From Dimorphilus gyrociliatus (taxonomy: Eukaryota; Animalia; Annelida), in contig CAJFCJ010000027.1 in assembly GCA_904063045.1 (NCBI GenBank), forward strand, positions 248,001 to 312,000: DNA of 64,000 nt, given 5' to 3'. The notes below the pieces were generated by a model. That model was not told where the DNA came from and made no database searches. It saw nothing but the letters and a program-made list of their open reading frames with translations. Both the position numbers and the translations under genes were made by a program. Within the stretch, counting starts at the first letter, position 1. Every line of letters starts with the position of its first letter. Positions 1 to 11,400 of this stretch are shown here, one piece after another.

Positions 1-364
1 AGCAGGTGAACAAAAGCAACGACGTACAAGTATTTATATTGTTAGAGTTAGTTAGTCAGGGTTCTTTCAAGAGGAAGATTAGGTTATTTGTCGATTTATA
101 TCAAGTTGTTTATCGTAGACAAGTCTTTTTTTTTTATACAGCAAGCTTCTTTTATTCCCTCCCTTTTTTTTATTCTTTACCTATTTATAAGCCTGTCACG
201 ATATATTGTTTAAAAATAATTGAGATTTTTTCCTTAGTATTCTACTTCGCGTAGTTAAACGTCTATTGAATATTCAGTGGAAGACTATAGAGAGACGCGT
301 AAAAGTAAGAAGAACAATAAGGATTATATATCATATGTTTTGTCAGTAAGTGTCATTTATCTTG

Positions 365-1966
365 CTATTCTGTATTAGCGACTACTTTCGGAATATGAGC
401 GAAAATTCTTTTGAGAGAAGATAAAAATGAGGATTTTTTCCCTTCTCTTCCCTTCCCCCCTCCCCCTTAAAAACATACTTACGAGGTATACATTTTCCTT
501 TTTCATCGGTCGTATAATACTTTGGTTGGCACATACATTCAGCAGCGCAGCCACTGTACAGTAGCCAGCAAACTTCACCTCGAAATGCACTGCAGTCTCT
601 ATCAGTCGCACAAGTTGGAACGTAACATGCGACGGCTGTTAAAAATTCATATATTTTAGTAGAAATATTAAAGAAGTAGTATGTTTTCTTTGGGTTTAAA
701 AAGTTAAAAATAAAAGATGTAAGATAAAAAATGACAAAAAAAGAAAAAAGTTGGTATAAAAAGGTATTACAGATTAGAGAAAGATTAATCTGATTATTAA
801 AAAGCGTTCGAAGAGATTTTTTTTAAAGCATATCTAAGTAGTTTGTCGTAGGATGACAAACAACTCAAAAGCGAAAGTATTATCTAAATCAGATCAGACG
901 ATATAAGATGCTTGGGTGGTTTCGGTCGAGTACTTTAGCAATCTGCTTCAATTACATTAGATTATACGGACTCGTCGCTAGACACCAGCAAAACCAAAAA
1001 AGATTGTATTTCCCTTATTTTTTTGTTTGTATCCTCCCGGCCCAGGAGATTGTCACTAATGGACTAAAGTGTAACAATTGGAAGTCGACCAACTTTTGAA
1101 TTATTGTCTAAATGATTATAGTGAATTGGGTAGAGTTGATTCTAGGAATTATAAAATAGCTTCGGCTAGTCTGACAAACAAAATAAGAAACAGACGAAGA
1201 AAGAGAAGAAGGAACGATAAGAAATAAAAGCATTGTTAAAAAACCGTCCGGCTAATGCGACGCGCCTCGCTAACCGTCCTTTGGGGGCTAGCAATTTCTC
1301 TTAATTATTATGAATGTGTATAGTTTGTCAGTTGATGAGCCCGAAAGAATGAGACAGAATGAAATAGGTATAATAGTTTTAGTCTATCCTTTATGTACAT
1401 TCAAAATATTCCATAGTATATTGATTTAAGTAAATAACTAGATTATATAAGACGAACGGAAACTACGCTGGTCTGTTAGGGGTGGGATTGAAAAATTTAT
1501 GGACAAACTCGTTCAATATTTACACATAATTGCTAGACTTAGATAGTTTTCCATTACTACTGTATGACTGTATGACGTAACTAAATTTAGATAATATTTT
1601 TCCGTATTACGCTGGAAAGCAGAGTGATTAATCCTTTTTTAGCTTCTCTCTCTCTCTCTCACTCTTCCTCTCTGCCGTTCTTTTTTTTAATCGATTAAAT
1701 CTAATAAAATCGAAATAAAATAGTATACAAACAAATGATCGAACGAGAAATTCGTTACATGAAAACCGGAAGTAGAAAATATGCAAAGAATACTATACCA
1801 CAATGGTACAGTGACAGGAACTACATTAGTATTATATTCTAAGAAAGCTTATCCACGCGTTGTCCGAGTTTGTCATTGTTTGTATGGCGTAAAATAAAGC
1901 TAGTATAAAAAGCTTACCTTTTAGCAAAACGATGGAGTATAATACGGCATTAATGCTACGTTCTAC
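365..1966 (-). CDS. Small secreted cysteine-rich peptide (8 Cys, EB-module/EGF-like spacing), multi-exon; start exon uncertain (possible ATG-only exon at 3062-3060)
   Basis: Exon 1966-1918 (ttcaacAG|...|GTAAGC) encodes VERSINAVLYSIVLLK. Exon 635-483 (ttaacAG|...|GTAAGT) encodes AVACYVPTCATDRDCSAFRGEVCWLLYSGCAAECMCQPKYYTTDEKGKCIP. Splice phases match (1-1). Three alternative last-exon acceptors all reach the same TAG at 367-365. This frame is absent from the ORF track. Confidence 0.55.
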
Positions 1967-4900
1967 CTGTTGAATCAGAAAAAATTCGCGTTTTAGTGTT
2001 AAGAAAATGTTGTATAGTTAAAAATTCCCTCCTTAAAAGTAAAAAGAGAATCATAACAAGTTTCTTTTTTGAAATGAAGCCAAAATCATTTTGCCTAGAC
2101 GCTATCCAACCGACTAGCTAGTAATAACAGTACGTAGTCGACAATTTATTAGATTATTGCTTCGCTTTCTACAAAGCTACAGTCAGATCTTATCTATATT
2201 TATTATTACTATCATTATTTATATTATTTTTAATCATTCCTAGAATTCTAGATGTACAGATTTTAGTATAGTTTTATCAATGGTCCGTTTACTTCTTCTC
2301 TCCTTTTCGCTTTTCCCATAGAAACTCTATTTCATAAATTTTCACTTAGATCTAAGCCAACGAAAACGTTTACAGATTTATAGACAGACATCTCTTTCCC
2401 CTTTTCTGCCTTATCCTCCTTCATCGGCTTCTTTTATAAATGAAAAAGTTTAAAACGCAAACTACCAAATTAAGTTATTATGGTCTTTCTTCTTTGCGAA
2501 ATACTCCCTTTAAGTCTAAATGCCTAACGAGCTTAAACGTCCTTAGAACTTCGACGTGATTTTAAAGTGTAACCTACGGTAATTAGTTTAATCAAGGCTA
2601 TTTCATAAATCGACAAGGTACAAGATCTGTTGTCGAAAATTAACACAACGCCAGAAGGCAAAGCGGTAGTTATTAGCTTACGACGTATTCTACTCGCCTC
2701 CTCGTAAGTAGGCAGTTAACGAAAGGTTCATAAAAGAAAAAGAGATATGGGAAAAGGCGGAAAAAGGATAGAGAAGAATTTAATGAGGGAAGATTAAGAA
2801 ATCGGCGAATTAATTACTATAAGTTCCACCTGATTGCTTCATATGATAAAAGAATTTTGTGCGATTGCTACTAGCTTGGTAGTTTTTTTTTATACATACA
2901 GATATATAGAGATAGAATATACAGTATATCTAATATCATATAAGGCTATACAACTTTACGATGTAATACGCAATAACGGAGAAAGAGGTTGAAAGAAGGA
3001 GAGGAAAGAAATAGATTATTCTCTAATTTCCTTTATTCTTTCACTAATTAACAGATAACCATTTCCGAAATGCTATTTTCTCGAACCCGTTTTGGTGCCT
3101 CTCCAGTTTTACTCGTTTTTTTCCTATTCACCTTGTCCTTCTTTTTTTCCATGACACTCACCCGTTCCCTACTCTTCCTCTCACTTATTTTCTTTTCTCT
3201 CTCTCTCTCTTGCTGTCTCTTTTCCCTGTTTTTTCTTTCTGTCTTTTTTTTTAATTTCAATTTCATTAATCATTTATCCTAATTGGAAGGAAGGATAAAA
3301 TGTCCATTTGAACAAATAATCCGTTTAAGAATCTAGAATAGCACCATTCTCGATTTTCATCCAGGTTATAGCGTTAATGGATTAATTAGTAATAAAAAAT
3401 TGAAAAAAGGGAGAAAAGTAGAAAAAAAATGGAAAAGACGGTCAGTTGGGGAGGAAAGAGAGAGAGAGAGAGAGAGAGAGGGGGGGAAGGGGCAGAGAAG
3501 GGGCAGAGAAAGTAAAACTACAAGTGAAGAATACGAAATTAGTAGCGAGAGGAAGAAGGAGAGAAAGTGAAAAAAAAACGGGACAAAAAGATAATCCGAA
3601 ATGTTGAAAAGCTTGGCAAGTTGTGATAAAGAAGAAGAAAAAAAGAAAATAATCCATAGCAAGTTGTCAACTTGCTATAGGCATTGGTTAAGTAAGGAGC
3701 TTATAAAATATAACATCATTACACATTGACTACCTGAGAAAGAATATTCCCGGTTAAAACGTCTACAATGGATTTATACACATACTGTATATATGTGCAC
3801 ATATATTGCATATCGTCTACAATATAGTCTAGATGTACGCAGGTACAAATTTAGCGTGCATAAATATGTGAGTACTTCCCGAGGATATTTTACAGAGGGT
3901 AAACTGGGAGTACTGCTCTTATTCTAATTAATTTACATTCGGTTAAATAATGGGTCGTATAGTGGAAAGCATTATATTTTCATTCAATTCCATGATAATT
4001 TTAGCTTTTTTACGGAAATCCTTGTTTAGTTAATCATTGAGCTTCTCTCTCTGTCTATCTGACTGTCTGTCTCTGCTGCTCGCTCTCTATCTCTCTCGTT
4101 CCTTCCCTTGGTCTAGCTTTCCTCTCTCTCTAAATATATATATATCTCTATTTTCTCCCTCTTTCTCTTTGAATGTTCCTCTCTCTTCAGGTGTCATCGA
4201 GTTTGTCGTTACATCAATCTGCACTTAAAAAATTCGGCTTCACCCTTACAGCGTGATTTAAACAACTTTTATTATATTTATTTTCGAGAATGATTGTAAA
4301 AACGACAAAAAAATGTATATTTTGCTTTGACTAGACTTTTTTTTTGTTTTAAATCGATCAACAAAATATCTCGAATGAAAGTTCTTTAAGCAATGTTTTT
4401 TTTTTTATTATTATTATTTTGACTTTGGTCTTAAAGTAATAGATGAAAAAAAAGGGGAGTAATTGCGTGATATTTGTAGCAAGTGAAAATTGCGTAGAAT
4501 TCTTGATTCAATTAAGAATAGTAAAAATTTTAACAAAAGAATAAACAACGTAGTATTTAAATTTTAATATTTTGAATAGATTCTTTATAGACATTCAAGC
4601 TATTTCTTTCGTTTATTTGTTCTTTAATAAATAGTTGTAAGCTTTTTCGCTTCTCTCTTTTAGTCTATTTAAATAGTAATTTCTTTTTTTCTTTTATCAA
4701 CAAATGCGTAAGATAACTTGAAAATTACACTAATGACGTTCTAAGAGGTAATTAAAGTCGATTGGTGTCTTTCTTTAGACACAATAATTTAATATATATT
4801 GTATAGAGATACATGAAAAACCTGTACTTGTTTATATAATTGTTATAATTGTGTTTTTTTTTCATAAAACATCGTAGGTGGTTAACAGAGTCATATTTAC

Positions 4901-5737
4901 GTGTCAATAAAGATGCGGGAGAGGGACAAGCAACGAGAATAGGAAATGGGAAATATATAGACAATATAGTAATCTAATACAGATAGAACCGTAGATGAAT
5001 GTAGGCAATGATAATACTTGTACCGTATAGAATAGATGAGCAAAGCAGTACATATATTACATTGTACTGTATACATATATTTATGCTATAAATAAATATA
5101 TAAACCGTATATATAAATAGTTTATTTTTTTGCCTGTAAGATTTAATTAAGAGATCGTAATGATTAATAATACTAATGGTGCTAACGAGATATACCAGTT
5201 GAAAGGAGTTATAACATGCATAAATGTATATATATATATATATAGTATAGTTTTCGATTTAAACAACGCTATTAATAAAGCCGAATTCAAAATAAAAGTC
5301 GATGGTTATTTTTGTTAATTTAGTCAGGGTTTTACAGCGCATGTACAATTAACGCATCATTTCCCATTCTAAAATATTTATAGCTACTTTGTTTGTCAAA
5401 AGAGTACGGTTAGGTTCTTCTAACATACTTACTGTCATAGTCCATTCACAGCACCGACCAACTGCTAAACTGCAGTCTTTAAGCTAGAAGAGTTTCGATA
5501 TACTATAATTTTCCCATGTAATAATAAAATCCACTCTCATATTTCTTATCTTTCCCTGTTCAATATTTTTTCTAAGCCGAAGAGAAACAAGCTTTAATAT
5601 TTCACAACTGTATATACTCTTCCTCTTTTAATTTTCCTTCTTCTTTCTCTCTCTCTTTCGCGCTATCATCCGCAAACTGTTAACGTTCTATAAGAGCTTT
5701 CACTCTATCATACCTATTTGAATGCTATTCTAACATA

Positions 5738-5780
5738 CAGGTGGCGCTTTTTATTTCGCTGTAAAAGCGCCATCTATCTG
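5738..5780. promoter_or_regulatory. Inverted pair of CTCF-like motifs
   Basis: CAGGTGGCGC (5738-5747, +) and GCGCCATCTATCTG (5767-5780; reverse complement CAGATAGATGGCGC). Both resemble the CTCF core AG(A/G)TGGCGC. Confidence 0.55.
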
Positions 5781-5913
5781 TTGTTTATATATCGGATGAC
5801 TAAGACAAAATTTGCGCTTTTTATATCAAAAATCAGAAAAGTTTTTTTTTATTTTGAAACTCACAACAATCTCATTACATATAAAAAAAACCTCTGAATT
5901 ATTCTTGAGGTGG

Positions 5914-6604
5914 TTATACTCTAGTCGTCTCATAGCCGTCATAATTTGATGTCTTTCGCCACCATAAAACTAACGACGCTACAAACAATAATGAGGTAAC
6001 ACTGACTAAAATATACAGAACGATTTTGTGTGACATAAAATTGTTCTTGTTGTCCCTTTTCCTTTTTTTTTTATCAACATCATTCTGTGGTTCAAAGATA
6101 CCGCAGTTATAACCACTACTCTGATCTTCATAATCCTCGTAGTTTGTCCAATAGTTGTCATTACCTATTGGGAGATGGAAAACATATACACGAAATACTA
6201 TTGAATGTAGTTTATCTTTACCTAATGATTCTTCAATCACTAACTTATAGCACCCACTGTCCAATTTGTATTGTAGACTGACACATATGCTACAATCCTT
6301 GTCATTGATTGCAGCTATTTTTACGTGTTCTATAAACGCATAAAGTAGATATATAATTGAAAAGAAAAACAAATTAACAAATTTTACCTAATATACACGT
6401 TTGATTGTGAGAGAGATCCTGACCACAATCTATCTGAAAACAAGCGTGTAGATAACTTGAACATTCACTGCAAACGTCCAAGGCGTCTTTAATGTCCTCT
6501 AGATCGCACTTCTTCAAAACATCACCTATGTCTGTTGATTCACTGAGGGCGAGGCTTGCTAAAAGTAAGAACACAAAAACTTTGGTTATAACTGCCGGTA
6601 GCAT
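5914..6604 (-). CDS. Orphan single-pass type I membrane protein, ~210 aa, 2 exons (6604-6388, 6329-5914)
   Basis: Signal peptide MLPAVITKVFVFLLLASLALS. The 58-nt GT-AG intron (6387-6330) joins ORFs 6374..6610 and 5914..6372 in frame. 10 Cys in the ectodomain, TM IVLYILVSVTSLLFVASLVLWW, short tail ending YDGYETTRV. Confidence 0.85.
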
Positions 6605-6881
6605 TCTCAAAAATTGATAACTTGCCCCTGCCTCTTCTCGTCTTCTATGAAAAGTTTATGTTCTTACGCAATATCTATGGTTTTTGGTATGGTTATTTAA
6701 TTTTTAAAAATTCCATTATTATTGTTATTAAGTTCATTCATTACAAACGTAAGATTTTTCACTGGGATAACCACAAAATTATAGTTTTAACCACTACGAA
6801 ATTTTTACAAAAACTAGGAAAAACTCGGTTTATTTGTCATATGACTAAGAAAGTCTTTATTTACTTTTATAGTTGAAAGGA

Positions 6882-6893
6882 GGAAGTGACGTC
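6882..6893. promoter_or_regulatory. ETS-CRE-like composite promoter motif
   Basis: GGAAGTGACGTC lies ~280 bp upstream of the ATG at 6604 (minus-strand gene). Confidence 0.4.
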
Positions 6894-6936
6894 TAAAATT
6901 ATGGTTGTTATGCTATTATAGTAAAGAGTATATATA

Positions 6937-8448
6937 CTATTGCGTTGTTTCGATAAAATGCCAATAATACTTGAGAATATAATAGGCGAAACAGTGTTTA
7001 ACCTTTTGAATTGTTTCTAAACAGATTTCAATGTCTTTTTCCTGATATATTTTTAACAAATCAACATTGTCCATAAAGAAGGAAACTAGATTCTTTTCCT
7101 TCAAATATCTAGCGTATTTATCTAGAATTATTATCGAATTCTCTTCAATCGATCCTGAATGGTCGAGATTAAATGCTAAATTAAAAACAACAGTACGTAG
7201 TTGTTGACGTAAATTCTTGGCTAATTTATCTTGTCTATCCTCTTTATACTTTTGATGAATTGTTAATAAAACTATAGTATAGGCTTTAATCAGGTTTGGA
7301 TGACTAATTGAGAAATAGTTTAAAAGTTTTATGGAAATTTCATCAAAGCAGATTTTCCAGGTTAATGCTTGAACTTCTGAATTGGAGAGTAAAATACCGC
7401 AGTTGAGTATATCTGCATAAAGATTTTGAGGGAGTAATTTCGAGGCAGTCTGTAGCCACTTTCTGCACAATTTAGGCCATTTAGCTAATCTAATGGCGAC
7501 GTTCTTCTTCATATCAAACTTTTGAGTAGATGTTGAAGTTCGTATTAAAACTTCAGAGATTGATGTGTCGATTTGAATTTCGTCGAATAGCTTCTTTGGC
7601 GAGAATATATAAGTTTCTGTAGAGTTCTTTTTCCTCTTCGATCCATCGATGATTCTAAGCGAAGAGAAAGAGTCTCTCTTCTCAAGGAAGTAAGGTTGAA
7701 ATGATCTAAAAATAGGCCTAAAAAATTTTTCTAAACGCTTCTTTTCAACGGTAACATAGAATTCGTCCTCTGAAAAATATTCCAAGTTAATCGACTCTTC
7801 GTCAATTCCGTAAGGTAAGACACTCAAGTTGACTTCGGGTACTTGTAAATTCATCTTTTCGCTTAATTTTAATAAGAGACATTCCATTTTCGGATGGGAT
7901 AGAAAGATGATTTCATTTATTCTATTCTGCGAATAACTACGTATATCGTCCAAAATTTTAGTACTATATTCTTCCATAAGAGAATGATCTTGTTGGAAAT
8001 TGGTGATCTTTTCCAGAGAATATTTCATATTAAAAAATTGATAAAACTGCTTAAATTTCATTGTTGTATAGATGATAATGATAATTACTAAAGACATTTT
8101 AGCACCGGGAAAAGAGGCAAACAAGAACCATAGAGTTCCACCCAAAAACGTTAAAATACTCTTAATATTATAGGAAGTTTTAATTAGTAGATCGAAGAAA
8201 GTTATGAATATGTAGACGCTCCTCTTTTCCATAACGTATCCACTAGTAGAGGAAGTTAAAAACTGCTTGAGATTTTCGTAAAAATTATACAATTTCAGAT
8301 GATAGGAAGATCTGTTCTCTTCGTTATTAGATTCATTTTCATTTGTTTTCTCTTTATGAAAGCTATTCTCTAGAAAATAATTATTAATATCCGCTAATTG
8401 TGAATTAGATATATATCTTGCTTTCTTCGAATTATTAGAATTCATCAT
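6937..8448 (-). CDS. Intronless 503-aa Mab-21/cGAS-like (cGLR-type) nucleotidyltransferase-fold protein with N-terminal hydrophobic anchor
   Basis: Long single ORF. Mab-21-like motifs appear in the expected order: LPYGI..EDEF, YIFSPKKL, VAIRLAKWP...KW, TWKICFDEISIKLL, LRTVVFNL, YLKEKNLVSFFMDNVDLL. Hydrophobic segment at ~aa 97-129. The CDS call is strong; the family call is by eye. Confidence 0.75.
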   Translation of the reverse strand: MMNSNNSKKARYISNSQLADINNYFLENSFHKEKTNENESNNEENRSSYHLKLYNFYENLKQFLTSSTSGYVMEKRSVYIFITFFDLLIKTSYNIKSILTFLGGTLWFLFASFPGAKMSLVIIIIIYTTMKFKQFYQFFNMKYSLEKITNFQQDHSLMEEYSTKILDDIRSYSQNRINEIIFLSHPKMECLLLKLSEKMNLQVPEVNLSVLPYGIDEESINLEYFSEDEFYVTVEKKRLEKFFRPIFRSFQPYFLEKRDSFSSLRIIDGSKRKKNSTETYIFSPKKLFDEIQIDTSISEVLIRTSTSTQKFDMKKNVAIRLAKWPKLCRKWLQTASKLLPQNLYADILNCGILLSNSEVQALTWKICFDEISIKLLNYFSISHPNLIKAYTIVLLTIHQKYKEDRQDKLAKNLRQQLRTVVFNLAFNLDHSGSIEENSIIILDKYARYLKEKNLVSFFMDNVDLLKIYQEKDIEICLETIQKVKHCFAYYILKYYWHFIETTQ

Positions 8449-11400
8449 AAGACGTGCGAATAATCTCTATCTACAACAGCTTCAACGCTGTTCTCTTCAT
8501 CGATTTCCCTGTGTTTTTCACTCGATACTATGACGATGATCGATCTACGACAAACAATAAAATGGACATAGTTTTGATAAATACGAATAATTGTCATCAC
8601 TCTTCCCTCGGTTACTCTTTTCCTAAATTCTCTCTTCTTCCCGCTTTTCAATATTAATCCGTAAAGGGAGAATTAAATGAAATTATGATTTTATTAAATC
8701 AATAGTATTTCATATTTTTCATAATCAGTAACCAATTAAGTAAATACACGAGTGAAAAAATCATTTTACTATTGTTATTATTCATTTCTTGTTTTTGTTC
8801 TTTTACTTTTCTCAGCGTTATAGATTGGTTATGGGAAAAGAGAAGACAGTGATAGATTAGGCCTAGTATATACAGAATATATATCAGTATATATATAGAT
8901 ATATACTACTTTATATAGAATACAACGACCTAATAATGGTTGTTATATTCAATGTCTGAAATGTGGATATAATTTATGAATAAATTTTCTAAAATCAATT
9001 TCTTTCTTGATGATTAAAAATAATAGGAAAGGAAGGAATATAGAAGAACAAAGTAGAAAGAGAAAAGAGAGATATAGAGCTGGAAGGGGGCGGAAAAGAA
9101 TCTTTAAAAGAAGAAAGAAAAAGGAGCGGAGGGGGGGGGATAAACATACAGTACATATAAATATAAACTGTATATTACAGTATATACAGCATAATAACTA
9201 TAAAAAGAGACTACTCGCTCTTTCCTTAGAAATTAAAAGCCTATAATCTTAAGATAATTTATCAAAAAGGTAACTTTATTTTATAGATTTTTAGAGGTCG
9301 TATTCATTCAATAGGGTTCTTTGCCCAAGAAAATTATATTAATTAGAAAAATATCTTCTCCTTCCATTCCTTCTATTCATTCAACTTCAAAGACTTATTG
9401 AAGTTTGCCACTAATGAATAATTATTCCTTTTTATCTTTATAGCATTTTGGGTTAATACAATAGACTTTTTGAATGAATTTCGTCTTGAATAAATAGAAC
9501 AAAAAGTTTATATTTGATATAATCAATAAGCTATTTAATTAATAGTATTATCTACAAATTTACTTATAATTATGCATGTACATTGATAATCTTTGAATAT
9601 ATTGCTAATTTAATCGATAATTCGTGAATTATACAAGGAAGAGGGAATATAAAGAGGTTAATTAATCTTGTATTATTCAAGTGAAGTAAATGAAAGGGTT
9701 AGTGGAAATTCTTCAAAAGAATAGAATTTTATTGGAATCCATGTCAAGGATATTTAAAACGTCTAAAGCTAGAAAATTACTTGCTTGGTTTCTTTCGCAT
9801 TCTTTTTACAAGTCACCGTTTAAAAGAGAAGGATGAAAAGATGAAAAGATGAAAAGGAAAGCTGGCTGAAAATTTTAGTGGGTGAGGGATAAAGGGAGAA
9901 AATCTAATCCTTCTTCATAAACCTTATATAATGTAACTAAAAAGAATAAACTTTTTTAAATAGGGAAAATATTATTAATTTTCTCTTATCCGTTAGATGA
10001 CACTGCTGTTTTTTCTCAGCAGAAAAAGAAGAAGGATTAAACGCCAAACCCATTAATGTGTATTCTTAATATCTAGGAAGGTTTTGAAGAGTCAATCGAG
10101 CTTTTTCAAGGGAAATTAGAAGGAAATGAAAGAGACTTGACGATATTGTTACTTAATAAAGACGAAAAAGAAAAACATAATGTCTAAAAATTACCCAGAA
10201 GAAAACGGGATTTGATCTGTAAAAGGAGATTAAAGAAAAAATGACATCGTTATTACAAACGCTCGGTGTTTGCCATGCAAACAAATGATATATTATTGAT
10301 TAATTTTCTAGGCAGTTATTCCCTACTGTACTATCATCAGAATAGTTGTCGATTCTATTGAATGAGATGCGTCGATAGAATACAATAAATAGACTTCCGT
10401 AAAAGGGGACTATTAACTGTTTTTTCTAGATTATTGCTCAACGATTTGTTCTTTTTTTTCTCTCTTTCATTCATTCTTTCTCTTTTTCCCTTTATTATTC
10501 GCTTATTATTACTTTATAAGTAGTTTAAGAGTATAAATCAAAATTTAAACAAAACATTAACACAGTGGAAAATATCAAATGAACAATAAAAAGAACTGTT
10601 TTAATATTTATATATTATTATTACTATTAATACTTGTTCTATGCTCTGTTTTCCTTATTCATCTATCCGTCCATCCATCTATTTGTCTATCTATCTATCA
10701 ATGTATTTGTTCATTCGTCTATCTATGATTCTTACGCATTGTACCCCATTCACCTACCGTCCCAACCTAGCCGGTAGTTCTGCTTTTTCTCTATCTCCTC
10801 TTCTCTTTTCCTGTTGAGAAAATAGAACTTATTAAAGAGTACGAACTAAAGGGAAAAGAAGAAAAAGTTTTTAATTTATTTATCGAGTACGGATTATTAA
10901 TAGTAATTATAAATAGCTGGAAAGACTGTTAATGAATACTAATTAATAGTGAAAGTCATTGGTCATGACTACTCCTACCTAATTTCCTGCTACTTTTCAT
11001 AGTCTTCTTTGGTCAAAGCACCTCTCTTTAAGCTCTATTGAATAATTTATTATATAATATTCAGTTTAAGCTCTTAAAATACTGTTAGGCAGGGTGTGGG
11101 GAAATTTTTTGTTGTCTCTTTCTTTCTTATCTCTACCATATATAATGATATAAAAATAAAAGAATATAGAAATTTAACGGCAATGATAGAGAGAGAGAGA
11201 GAGAGAGAGACAGAGAGTAGAAAAGATAAGAAATATAATTTAATTTGTTCAATTCCAATATATGATACGAATAATAAATATAAGAGTTTCGTCTGGTAGG
11301 AACGTTAAGTGTACACTTATCTCAGACCGTTTTGGACAAGATGCAATGCTCACTCAAGTCGTGTTTTAGACGACCGTAGAACCAAAATTTATCGTCATCT

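Noticed and set aside
278-287. TGGAAGACTA matches the 5' end of miR-7
   Set aside because: It diverges after 10 nt, has no complementary arm, and lies in the presumed 3' UTR of the Cys-rich gene.
1170-1300. Minus-strand frame ASPQRTVSEARRISRTVFNN, faintly like animal heme peroxidase LPSARLVS
   Set aside because: The frame closes quickly and no other peroxidase motifs were found nearby.
2530-2720. Open frames on both strands (LPTYEEASRIRRK on minus; VQDLLSKINTTPEGK plus GTAAGT donor on plus)
   Set aside because: I could not decide the strand or connect either frame to other exons.
3339-3349. TAGCACCATTC matches the 5' end of miR-29/miR-285
   Set aside because: The 3' half does not match and no convincing precursor hairpin is visible.
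3070-4228. ORFs 3070..3282, 3366..3662, 3442..3657, 4037..4228 and similar L/S/F-rich or E/R/K-rich ORFs elsewhere
   Set aside because: They are translations of (CT)n/(AG)n and poly-pyrimidine tracts.
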